This document shows positions 28,006-38,850 of a DNA stretch of 64,000 bases, in pieces. The notes below the pieces were generated by a model. That model ran no database searches. It worked only from the letters and a program-made list of their open reading frames with translations, and had not been told where the DNA came from. The stretch is from Tubiluchus corallicola. Lineage: Eukaryota > Animalia > Priapulida. How positions within the stretch are numbered: position 1 is the stretch's first letter; each line of letters starts with the position of its first letter. The position numbers and the translations under genes were made by a program. The stretch is taken from NCBI GenBank assembly GCA_030141605.1, contig JAQGDQ010000961.1, forward strand, positions 1-64,000, written 5' to 3'.

Positions 28006-31000
28006 TAGCTCAAAAACTGCACTAAAAAATACCATTTTCTCAAAAATTTCAAAAAGCATTTTCGCAGAACCGCAAGCCAACTCACACCATCTATGGTTTT
28101 TAAAGCTGCACAACTACACATAGCGTAACAGTGCAAAATTCAGTTTAGAATTTAACTTGGTTTAAAATGCCTATTGTTGGAACGCCATTTCGATCGTCTA
28201 TGTACCTGATCTCCAGCTCCGACATCAATATCGTCTCTGCCCTCGTGCACAGCCTTGCCTATCTCTCTGCTTTGCTCTTCTAGAGCAACAAGTACATTGC
28301 AAGTGTTGTAATCAAAACCTGCAAAAGATATGCAATGTGGATATATGCAATATACGAAATGCAAAACTCATCACTGCAATAAGCCAGACACTTTTTAAAA
28401 ACGTGCAATCGAATATCGGTAATACGTTTCGGCTTATAACAAAACTCTCGGCAGTACCATGATTTTACTACGTCCCTGCTAAGATTATGATAAATCCTAT
28501 GTAATCACATTTGGTAACTACGGAACCCGTCACTAAGAAACCCTGTTTTGTACAATGTTTTCTCAAAGTCCTGCCAGCGTGAATTTAATATAAAGAAATA
28601 TTTGCAGCAAGATTTCTGCTGTGCCCTATAGTCATCTAGTCATTTTTCACCTATTGCCAAGCACGACCTTAGCTTAACTGATTATTTTTACAAGTAACTA
28701 ATCATAAAGTAATGCACGTACTGTATGTACATTATCATAACTAGGTCTAGTGTTGAAATAATGAATCAGTCAGTAGAACAGATTTAAATGCCACATGTGA
28801 GCAGTGACATTTGTTTTACGAAAACTATTAGGCTTCCCATTTTGATAAAAACTTGCCACTATATGTCAGCTCACTTATATTCACCTGTCTTCCCACCAGA
28901 AACAGCTAGTCTTCATTTACAGGTATCCAGTTATACGCAAAGCAGCAAAAAGCAACACGTCGCCTACTCTCTGGCACCACTAACCCTCTTACTTGTAAGC
29001 GTGCTTCTAGACAGACTAGCTGGCTGGCAGTGTGTTGATACAATTTCGTAGTTTGCACTTGTGGGAAGCGGGGATTAAACAAACTTTTTGCATTAGAAAT
29101 AGCATTATCATGAGTTAGCAAAAATGCACTTAATGGATAGTAGGAAACACGCTTAGCATGAGAAAATATTTTGGTCTCTTTAAAATCGCATTACCGAGAT
29201 TCGACTGTAGCAATAGTTAAACACGAGAGCCAAAACTGCCAGGTACCTTTTCGGGAATCATCGTAACCTATGTTTCTAATTGTGTCGCGTATAACTTCAT
29301 TGTAATTGACACATGCATTGGAGGATATTTCCCCGCACACCATGATCATGCCAGTCTTGGTAACACTTTCTACAAAATAAATAATTATAGTAAGGAAAGG
29401 ATGATAGCTGAATGGTCGCAATGCATGTGCTTGTCAGTGATCCTGCAATGTTCCTCAGGCCGGCCACAAAAAAAAATTGTCTCTGTCTTACCTCAAAAGT
29501 TCAGAAGATGTCTGTAGGGAGGGAGGGAGAAAATTTTTTTCAAAAAAAGTTTTTTTAAAGCTTTGTGAATATTTAAAGTTGAATCGTGGAATATTAAAAC
29601 CAGTTGAAATCAAAGCTTGTTTATTTCCCACTGGTTAGCAGCGATGTTTAAATTTTTTCAATGCACATTTTTTACGCTTTGTTTTTTAGTTTCGTATTAC
29701 TAAATTATCGTATAATTATCGATTATTGTATAGTCTCTTTTATGTATCATGTACATTCTGATAATTATGGTATAAGCGGCAACACTACTCGGCCATTAAC
29801 ACACCGATTTGGCGGAAAATTCAATACTTTTTAGCCTCCAATACAATGAGCATCATACAAAACGGCAACCCTGGCCGAAAGTTAGCCGTGGAAAAATGTG
29901 GCCGCATCCTGCGTTCCTCAAAAGAACAATGCTATAATAATTATTGCGTTTTAAGTTTTAAAATAAAAAATATGCTTTTATATGACTGCATCAAGTAAAT
30001 ATATGAACAACTGAAGATACAAAAAAATTATACAATTCACGGCCGGGTGCATGACAAAAAGATATTTTTAGGCCATGTTTCAACGGCTAACTCTCGGCCA
30101 GGGTTGCCATTTTGTATGATGTTCATTGTATCACAGGCTAAAAAATATGGAATTTACTTGATACAATTAGAGGCGATTCAAACTACATTACCGTGAGTCT
30201 AATACACGGCACCTATCGGTAAATACGGACAATTGGTAAAATGGGACCGATGTCTCCCCACTTTTGTCCGGCAAACTGAAATACAAGTGTAAATGAAATG
30301 CTTAAATGATAACAACGACAATATTTTGTGAAACCAATGTATTTGCTACCAATTTACCTGCAGCAACTTTTGCATTTGGATCTTGCTTAAGGTGGGCATC
30401 TACGATTGCATCACTGATCTGATCACAGATTTTATCTGTAATAAATATTAAAACTTAAATTATAATTTGTTTATCAAAAATGTTAAACGAAACGTGCACT
30501 AGGCAAAATAATTCACGTGTATTTCCAAATCTAAAGATTACAAAATTAATAGGCCTAGACATTTCCAAAACTACAGCATAAGCCCTGACACGGTTTGAAA
30601 AACATATAGGGCTATTTGAAAAAGGACTAATCGTACTATGTTTGTGCAGTAGCAGCAGGAAGCAAATACCTCAAAAAAGACTCATCTGGTATCTGATATC
30701 AAACTGTCAAAACTTGCACAGTGAATTAAAATATAAACAGCAATTAGGCCTACACATGTAAACTTCATGAACATGTTATATGAGCAATTTATAATTGCTA
30801 GGGTTATGTAACCAAAGAGCCATGACAATATGTAATTACAAAGACTGTGCACAAAGATGTATAGAAATTTACGCACTAAACAACAGATTTAAATACAATG
30901 TATTAGACTCACACTGTTTTAATCACAAGACGCTGAGACTTAATGGTTTTAACCATTGAGCTTATAACTTGAAGATCATTGATTCAAATTCGAGTTCAGT

Positions 31001-33080
31001 ATCATACGTATTGCAATCAAGACTCTCGGACTGCTAAACATTGTGTTCAAATAATGTTTCCTAATTTTTCAGTGCCTATTTGCCTATTCCAAATTTTGTC
31101 AACAAAAATACTCACTGTGATACCAGACTATTCATGTAGTGATGGTGAAATCAGTATAATCTATAGGTGTGAGCACGGAACGTTCAAAATCGAACAAGTT
31201 TTTCTAGTTTGAATTCGATTCAAACCTAAATTATAGATTTGAAGAATTCAACACTTCAACTACATACGTTCTTTATCATTAAAACATTTGAAACACTGAC
31301 CAGTCAGCGCATTTCAAGCTATAATTTCTGCATGCAATTTTTAAACAACAGTTTACAGCAGAAAAAAAATCAAGTAATATGCACGACCTTTGTGAGATCG
31401 CTTTTTACTAGTATTTCGAAAACTTATTCGAAAATTTTTAAAACTGAATTCGCATGTCGTAAATTCGATTTAAATTCGCTTTCTGATAAAGAATTCTCAC
31501 CCCCTACTAATCAGACAAAATTTCCTGCAAGTGTACTTTATCATCATATACATCCGAGTTTTTCTGGAGTTTGCAAAAAGAAAGACAAAGATACATTCCA
31601 CATACGTACAAAAGTACAGGTTTCATCACACTATTAAAGCACTGTCTCTAGATTACTCTTAGTCTTATTTTCTGCTTCCAAAAAATTCACAAAAATCTTA
31701 CTAAATGGATAATCCTGTAGTACATAACTTGTAAGACTAATAAGCAAGCTAGCAAGTTTTTCCTCCTCATCTCCTAAGTAATTGTTGCTCTTTCTCACAC
31801 TTACTTTTTCTCATAAATTTTTCTATATTACACTTTTTTATGCTTGTTTTTTCTTTCCATACTCTCAGTACTTAACTTTACTCACCAACCTTGGTCAAAT
31901 TCCCCTATTAATAAGACCCCATTTGAAACTACTACATATAATAATCCTAATTACTGAATAATTGTATTGTTTTGTTTAGATTTAGGTATCTAACTTTATT
32001 ATTTTTTGTCTTCAGTTCTTTTTGGATAATTTGTATCATTTATACTGTTTTTATTGTTTTTTTCTTATTTGTTTTTGTTATCTGCAGCATGACCGTTAAT
32101 TTTTAATATAGTAATCTATTTATAAGAAAGGGCAGGAGACTAGATGACCCTATGGTCCTTCCCTGCCCTGCTCCATGATTATAATTACTTAATATTTAAA
32201 AAACTTTTGATATTAAACTAATTGGAGAAAATAAATGTTCTATGCCTATGTCTATGTTAGGGGTTAAGCGAGCACACTTACAGAAACCTCAAATTTTTCC
32301 ATGAAGTAATTGTCAATTAAAAATTTAAACTTTACTATGGTCGGTGTGGCAATCATCAAGGCAGGCAAACTATTCCATCCATTCACTACTCTCACATTTA
32401 ATGAATATTTACAAATGTCAAGACGTGAACATTCTTCAAACAGTGTTAAAATATGTCATGTAGTTTTTCAATTAACAATTAAATTAAAGAAATTTTTAGG
32501 CAAAATACTTTCTTTCATAGTCAGTACTTTATAAATCTCAGTATTTTATAAATTTCAATGGTCAAATTGCAAATACTTCAAATTTCTAAATACGTTGAGA
32601 GTTTTACAACCAAACATTTGTAGCACATCTTTGCACTCCTCCCGGACCAATATGTATTCCTTATAATGGGGATTCCAAAGTTGTACACAGTATTCTAGAT
32701 GAGATCTAACCAAACCAATGTATAATAAAACAATAATTCTAGAAACGAGATGGCTCTTTACCATCCTCAAAAGTTTATTATTTTCTTTTTAGCACGGGCA
32801 ACGAATTACTGTGTACATTCCAAGTCTGATGTTATTATCACACCAAATTTTACTAATGCAAATTTTGTACTGGAAGTAGTATGAAAAATGGAAAGATGTT
32901 CCATTCATAAGTTGTTGTTTCACTCTTTTAAGATTCCCAAACTGTAATACTATGTTTGACTTTACCTGGGTGGCCTTCGCCAACCGACTCCGATGTAAAA
33001 AGAAACGTGTCAACCGGAGACGACTGAAATTCAATTCCATTCAAACTCTTAAGACGATCTAAATTTTCTAGGCACTCCAT
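15722..33080 (-). CDS. MAT: S-adenosylmethionine synthetase (methionine adenosyltransferase), 9 exons: 33080-32966, 30435-30358, 29369-29247, 28318-28206, 22135-21992, 20726-20508, 19848-19666, 17497-17364, 15824-15722; 403 aa
   Basis: All introns are GT-AG and phases join to 1212 nt. Motifs [83 protein letters not shown] and YGHFGR..FPWE are present. Internal exon sizes 78/123/113/144/219/183/134 match the vertebrate MAT layout as I recall it. Confidence 0.97.
16635..17142. mobile_element. hAT-type MITE in MAT intron 8
   Basis: TIRs cagtggcggct / agctgccactg with 8-bp TSD atgctaag/atgctaac. Confidence 0.8.
17555..18036 (-). mobile_element. 5S rRNA-headed SINE (SINE3-type) with ~360-nt GC-rich body
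   Basis: 18036-17918 reverse-complements to a full-length 119-nt 5S-like sequence (GCTACGGCC...GAAGTTAAGCAACG...TGGATGGGTGAC...GTGCTGTAGGCTT) with no oligo-T terminator. It is followed by a body that recurs behind the 5S head at 44354-44581. Confidence 0.85.
18128..18501. mobile_element. Tigger/pogo-like MITE (related pieces at 30190-30290, 47160-47215, 55805-55937)
   Basis: TA-flanked cactgatatcttggtttgccgga / tctggcaaacagaaatatgagtg; shared internal gctgaccgctagttggc motif. Confidence 0.65.
21102..21509. repeat. ~42-bp AT-rich minisatellite, ~10 copies
   Basis: atagttttttaactatgtaaattattttattaaagtgtttgac repeated. Confidence 0.9.
21650..21825. mobile_element. Small Tigger-like MITE (inverted copy at 41514-41691)
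   Basis: TIRs cagtcaaacctc / gaggtttgactg; internal gcattaatacatacatgtctatg shared with 41590-41612 in reverse. Confidence 0.75.
22601..23552. mobile_element. Tigger/pogo-like MITE (copies at 58946-60029 and pieces at 46599-48687)
   Basis: TIRs cagcaggtgccgcttaatacactcac / gtgagtctattaagcggcacctactg with TA TSD; internal ttacccgcttgcc recurs at ~59277. Confidence 0.85.
23987..24479. mobile_element. hAT MITE, internal-deletion derivative of the 39194-41483 element
   Basis: cagggatgttcaaattg...caatttgcacacacctg with perfect 8-bp TSD ctttagca; subterminal sequences match both ends of the larger element in reverse. Confidence 0.88.
24513..25176. mobile_element. TTAA-flanked non-autonomous DNA transposon (Kolobok-like); inverted copy from 62948 to ~63480 and a terminus at ~395-409
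   Basis: ttaa|aggacaagaaa ... tttcttgtgct|ttaa; internal sequence matches 62950-63470 in reverse. Confidence 0.7.
26300..27030. mobile_element. hAT-type MITE carrying a 38-bp tandem array (~8 copies, 26423-26726)
   Basis: TIRs tagagttgagacggtta / taactgtctcagcccta, perfect 8-bp TSD ttgttcat; unit gagtaagcggtccggttcaatctagcacggaccagcaa. Confidence 0.88.
27791..27857 (-). mobile_element. tRNA-derived SINE head / tRNA pseudogene
   Basis: Minus strand CCCTGCTAGCTCAGAGGGCAAGAGCG...GGGTTCGAATCCCAGGCAGGG has A box, B box and acceptor-like pairing, but the anticodon arm is truncated. Confidence 0.7.
27928..28005. repeat. (CA)n microsatellite
   Basis: Directly visible. Confidence 0.9.
28406..29207. 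mobile_element. Tigger/pogo-like MITE filling most of MAT intron 3
   Basis: TIRs caatcgaatatcggtaatacg / cgcattaccgagattcgactg followed by TA. Confidence 0.7.
29828..30145. repeat. Long inverted repeat (~75-bp arms, ~170-bp spacer) in MAT intron 2
   Basis: 29828-29903 is the reverse complement of 30071-30145 (catcatacaaaacggcaaccctggccgaaagttagccgt / acggctaactctcggccagggttgccattttgtatgatg). Confidence 0.9.
31700..32790. mobile_element. Two abutting LINE 3' fragments (CR1/L2-like) in MAT intron 1
   Basis: Minus strand [21 protein letters not shown] (post-RT motif of CR1/L2 clades) at 32555-32770; plus-strand 3'UTR-like hairpin gggcagg...cctgccc, AATAAA and (ctatg) tail at 32129-32256. Confidence 0.65.
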
Positions 33081-33564
33081 TTTTTCTGTGATTTCACAAC
33101 ATCCAGGAAATTTTCACACAGCTTCAGCAACGTGGAGAAAGGAGTGCGCGCAGGCGTATTAATGCGCTTCGTCCTTAGATGCCATTTGTCAGTTTCCCAC
33201 ATTACCTATGTCTGCATTCGCGCAATAACATAAATCCGCGCAAGTAGGTTCATAATTCGAGTTACTCGAGTCGACAACAAAGCAGACTATTCTGATATAG
33301 TGGCGTTTATGTAGGAAGAACCTGCCGAATAGCCTACGGAAAAGATCGATAGGAAATAGCAGCAGAAAAGAATAAAGCATAGGCAGGTTGGATGAACGGG
33401 TGCGTTGAAAAAATATAAACCGATTTTATCTATTCCGCATGCTACATGAACGCCAGTTAAGATTAGTGATAATAGAAGACAATGGCAGAGGAAAAGAACC
33501 GTTACAAAATGTTGACAGGGTCTCCGACAAAAACTACAAAACTTTGAAGTACCTTGACCACAGT

Positions 33565-33641
33565 GGATACAGTGGCGATGAGTGGCCTAAGGCGTCTGCC
33601 TTGTGAGCAGAAGATCCCTGGTATAAATCTATGCTGTGTCC
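33565..33641 (+). pseudogene. Degenerate tRNA-like sequence upstream of MAT
   Basis: GGATACAG...CTGTGTCC acceptor-like pairing, TGGC..AGTGGCCTAAGGCG A-box/D-arm, damaged B box (GGTATAAATC). Confidence 0.5.
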
Positions 33642-35129
33642 CAACTTTTTCACATTTCCTGTCCGTCAAGTTTAATAAAGAATATTAGTAACAATGTACG
33701 GCGTGCAAAAGTTTTAGCGTGACGTCTGCTATATCGCACTCGGCTTTTTTATCGTTGCAGCTTGGTTAATTTTCTGTAATTTGTGTAAATTCAGCAAGGA
33801 AAATTCTGATTAACTGCATGAGCTTTACCACATACGCATGTGCATTGTTAAAAGCGCTAGGGATACCAATGACGTCATGCCAAAATTAAAGCAGCTGACT
33901 TTTAATTCGCAGCTGACAATTTATTTTTTGAATAATTACTTAATGGACAAAATTATGTAATTGTCAAATACGAAGTTAGTTAAAAAGCTTTAAATTACGT
34001 TCCAGAGTCTTGCAGCAAATGTTAAATGAGCAATGCAGACAAGTGATTAATGAGCTTCATAGTTAACATGTTCTTATGTTAGATCCTCTGATAACTGTTA
34101 TTATAATGTACATTTGGGTGAAAAGCAAAATCAGAACTACAAAAGAGGCAAAAATGTGAAAAATTACACAGTGTTTTTTTGTGTGATGATACTTATTAGA
34201 ATTGTTTCAAAGAACCAAAAGACAGTATGGTGGATGAAGACATATCCTTCTTTTCAATACAAATTTACCTTTGCATGATTATCAAAATCAATTTTGGAAA
34301 AATTTTGTCATTAAAATCACATTACATTAAGATAACAAAAACTAACTTCAAATAATTATAGTTATGATAACTTTTATTATTTAACTTAATCTGGTATATT
34401 TATTTCCCTACTCCATATACAGGCAAAAACAAGTTCGTTTTGCGAAATGTTACCTCAAATGTAAACAAACGTTAAATTACATATTTAATTATTAAAGTTC
34501 AGAAAATTAATAACCAACTACTGCATTAGACAAAAATAAGAAAAATTCTCCTGATGTTACTCCTTAAAACTTGGTACAGCTTTACTCATCATAGCAATTT
34601 TATGCAGCAATTCTAAACTAGCTTCCCAGTATAATAATAATGCCAATGTTTTTTTTTCACTTTACCTACCTTACAACAAGAAGATATTACAAAAAAAACA
34701 ATATGAATAGTAATTTTTCTTAGGTAACAAATATTCTGCTTACATGTACTATATAGAATTGATTCAATTACATAAATGTGTACAAACATACTGGTATCCA
34801 GCACGCTCTTCCCTAATGCCACACCCTCTTCCACCAAAGCGCAGAAGTCGGAAATAAATTACGCTATTAGTCACCCAGGAGAAAGGTATGCATGATTATT
34901 ACCCTGTATAGGTACTTATAAACGATATTTCACTTTACCTAAATGGAAATAACCGTTTCTACTATTAAACAATAAACAAATTAACAATATGAAACAGCTC
35001 TCCTGAGACTTGTCATTTTAACATAAGAAAATGTTGAATGCCCCTGTAGTTTCAAAATAATTATTTTTATTTCTTACAGAAGCTTTCGCCCCCGTGGGCC
35101 TCATCAGATTGTGCTGCGAACCTGACAGC

Positions 35130-36461
35130 AAAGTCGCACGTGTGAATAGCCAGCCAGGCAACTTCTCTCGCAATTCGAAAAGTTAACTGCTGAGTTTGCA
35201 ACAAGTTGCGAGAGAAGTTGCCAAACTGTTCACACGTGACTTTACTCTCAGAGAAAAGTTGTCAAACTGTTCACACGTGTGACTTTACTCTCAGAGAGAA
35301 GTTGCCAAGCCATTCACACATGTGACTTTACTCTCAGAGAGATGTTGCCAAGCCATTCACATGTGTGACTTCACTCTCAGAGAGAAGTTGCCAAGCCATT
35401 CACACGTGTGACTTTACTCTCAGAGTGAAGTTACCAAGCCGTTCACACGTGTGACTTTACTCTCAGAGAGAAGTTGCCAAGCCATTCACACATGTGACTT
35501 CACTCTCAGAGAGAAGTTGCCAAGCCGTTCACATGTGTGACTTTACTCTCAGAGTGAAGTTGCCAAGCCGTTCACATGTGTGACTTTACTCTCAGAGAGA
35601 TGTTGCCAAGCCGTTCACATGTGTGACTTTACTCTCAGAGTGAAGTTGCCAAGCCGTTCACATGTGTGACTTTACTCTCAGAGAGAAGTTGCCAAGTCAT
35701 TCACACATGTGACTTCACTCTCAGAGAGAAGTTGCCAAGCTGTTCACATGTGTGACTTCACTCTCACAGAGAAGTTGCCAAGCCGTTCACATGTGTGACT
35801 TTACTCTCAGAATGAAGTTGCCAAGCCATTCACATGTGTGACTTTACTCTCAGAGAGAAGTTGCCAAGCCATTCACACGTGACTTCACTCTGAGAGAGAA
35901 GTTGCCAAGCCGTTCACATGTGTGACTTCACTCTCAGAGAGAAGTTGCCAAGCCGTTCACATGTGTGACTTTACTCTCAGAGAGAAGTTGCCAAGCCATT
36001 CACATGTGTGACTTTACTCTCAGAGAGAAGTTGCCAAGCCATTCACACATGTGACTTCACTCTCAGAGAGAAGTTGCCAAGCCGTTCACATGTGTGACTT
36101 TACTCTCAGAGTGAAGTTGCCAAGCCGTTCACATGTGTGACTTTACTCTCAGAGAGAAGTTGCCAAGCCATTCACATGTGTGACTTTACTCTCAGAGAGA
36201 AGTTGCCAAGCCATTCACACATGTGACTTCACTCTCAGAGTGAAGTTGCCAAGCCGTTCACATGTGTGACTTTACTCTCAGAGAGAAGTTGCCAAGTCAT
36301 TCACACATGTGACTTCACTCTCAGAGAGAAGTTGCCAAGCTGTTCACATGTGTGACTTCACTCTCACTGAGAAGTTGCCAAGCCGTTCACATGTGTGACT
36401 TTACTCTCAGAGAGAAATTGCCCAACAAGTTGCGAGAGAAGTCTCTACGTGTGAAAGCACC
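35130..36461. repeat. 43-bp minisatellite (~29 copies), probably within a TIR element
   Basis: Unit gactttactctcagagagaagttgccaagccattcacacatgt, period 43 (35281 to 35324); ends in gtgtgaaagcacc; inverted partial unit at the left end. Confidence 0.92.
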
Positions 36462-37789
36462 ACAAGAAATAAAAATAACTATTCTGAGACTACTAAGGCA
36501 TTCAACGTTTTCTTATAAAAAATTAACAAGTTAAACATATTACACTGCCACAATATAGTCCAGCAATGAAGGTCAGAAAATTTCAAAAAAGTTTATCTTT
36601 AAAAATAAAATGAATTCGAAAATTTTTACTTGTACACATTACTAATCACAAGCGACATTGACATACAGCAGGTGCCCATCATTTCAAAGGTCTCAGAACC
36701 CACAAACATTAAGCATTTATATTGTCATAAATAAATGAAGTCTTTGTTCACAATCTGTCACCAAATATGCACTTTCAAAATCAAGAAAGTAATTTTTCTT
36801 AACAATCAAACACAAATTTCTTATACCGGATGCGATAAGTAGTAAGAAATATAATAAAGTAAATGTGCATTAAAATTGCTGTGAAATTGCGCACACTCGC
36901 AAGCATGTCAATGTTAATTCTCAAATGGCCATTCCTTTATAATCACGGAGACCAATCTTTGTCTGCAAAAAGTTCCTCCTTCATTAAACAGACTATTCTA
37001 ATGTTTGCAGTGACTTTTTCCTAAATTAGAAAGTGCTGTAATTTTACAACGCCAACAACAAACTTGCTCAACATTAAATAAATATCTTTAAGAAATTATA
37101 ACAGTTAAACTCCACAAGTCTATACGGGCATAAGTAAAGCTGTCATTAGGCATTTGAATGCAAAACAACAAAAACTTACCTGAATGAAACCTTAAAAAAT
37201 TTTGTATTTTTTATAATTGCACGTGCACAATTAGTATTTATAATTCATTAGTAATTTTGCACATAGCAATAACTTTACAGTACAAAACTGATATCCAGTG
37301 CGCATAAATTTATTGACTTCATGTTACTTCATAATCTTTCAAACTTCCATATGCTTAACCTACAGAAAGAATTAGAAATCCAGTCTGAATTTGATACTAA
37401 CAGAAGTACTTTTATATCCCCTGTAAGCCTTGGAAAACGTTTCTTTGTGGTAAAATTAATAAATCATAATGCAGTTGGCATAACTATAAATCATAACAGA
37501 AACCGGAATAATTCTATTCTAAAATCCCTTAGAATGAATTATTAAATTCACCTTAAATATAGACAGTTGACCTGTCTAACACCTGTTATAATATATCTAT
37601 ATATATTTGAAACTGACTTTTGCATGAAATCAGTGTTTTGTCGGCCTAGAAGTGATGCTAAAAACTTTTTGCAAATTAAAGCACCAAAACAAAGTTCTTT
37701 GCAAACATTTTAAATAATTTGAGCTGATAATATACTGAATGATAGTGCAGACATTAATGTACATTTTGCTACAAACAAGATAGTACTAC

Positions 37790-38440
37790 ATTAAAGCGCA
37801 TATCCTATACATTCAAGGCCACATCCTATACATTCAAGGCCATATCCTATACATTCAAGAGCATATCCTATACATTCAAGGCCACATCCTACACATTCAA
37901 GAGCATATCCTACACATTCAAGGCCACATCCTACATATTCAAGAGCACATCCTATGCATTCAAGAACATATCCTACACATTCAAGGCCACATCTTACACA
38001 TTCAGGAGTATATCCTACACATTCAGGAGCATATCCAATACATTCAAGAGCATATCCTATACATTCAAGGCCACATCCTACACATTCAAGAGCATATCCT
38101 ATGCATTCAAGAGCATATCCTATGCATTCAAGAGCATATCCTTTACATTCAAGGCCACATCCTTTACATTCAAGGCCATGTCCTTTACATCCAAGGCCAC
38201 GTCCTTTACATTCAAGGCCATGTCCTTTACATTCAATGCCATATCCTTTACATTCAAGGCCACATCCTTTACATTCAAGGCCATATCCTTTACATTCAAG
38301 GCCATGTCCTTTACATTCAATGCCATATCCTTTACATTCAAGGCCACATCCTATTCATTCACGGCCACATCCTACACATTCAAGGCCACATCCTACACAT
38401 TCAAGGCCATGTCCTTTACATTCAACGCCATATCCTACAA
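37790..38440. repeat. 21-bp minisatellite (~30 copies) downstream of the Sec31 stop
   Basis: Unit catatcctatacattcaaggc with variants; source of the repetitive ORFs at 37954-38495. Confidence 0.95.
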
Positions 38441-38850
38441 GTTTTTAACTCAGACTTTATATTTGACGAAAAAATATGGCAATGAACTGGTTTAATTCGA
38501 AATTAGGTGCAGTAAACCATTTTACCTTTTGCTGGCATTTGTCCAATTAATGAAGAAATATAAAGTGATTATCTTTCAAGCCTCAATCTGAACTTTTTTA
38601 AGGTTTTATGATCATGAATAGGAGCAGAAGTGAGACATAACTCTGATACAAAAGCACTCCATAATAACGGGCTGGTGTTCTTGATTAACTTCACTTAAAC
38701 AATTGCAAGTATTTAAATTTGGATTTATACTACCAAGCATATGCAAATCAAGAAACTCTGAACTTAAACAAATTTTCTCATCTCTCGTCGGATGGAAAGA
38801 TGTTAATAATGGCAAATTTCTGGCCTTAATGACAGCTACAACTATAACAA

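Noticed and set aside
22136-28205. Duplicated, mutually exclusive MAT exon 4
   Set aside because: No second GFD...GAGDQ exon found by eye in introns 3 or 4.
28410-28460. Second hammerhead-like motif (CTGCCGA...GAAACGTA, minus)
   Set aside because: Core is mutated and the segment is the TIR/subterminal region of a Tigger-like MITE.
28980-28987. Telomerase RNA template-like CTAACCCT in a structured region
   Set aside because: No convincing downstream pseudoknot or H/ACA domain, and it sits inside a MITE.
28889-29068. Bacterial SAM-I riboswitch or H/ACA snoRNA
   Set aside because: Only scattered words (AAGAG, GGUGCCA, terminal ACA); the SAM-I core and an H box are missing.
33770-33778. Perfect TACAGAAAA nonamer on the minus strand (and TACAGAAAC at 49732-49740)
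   Set aside because: The first is ~700 nt upstream of the MAT start with no evident hairpin; the second is created by a transposon TSD junction in Sec31. Both are expected by chance in AT-rich DNA.
37954-38495. Repetitive protein ORFs (HSRPYP, MALNVKD)
   Set aside because: Products of a 21-bp minisatellite, open on both strands.
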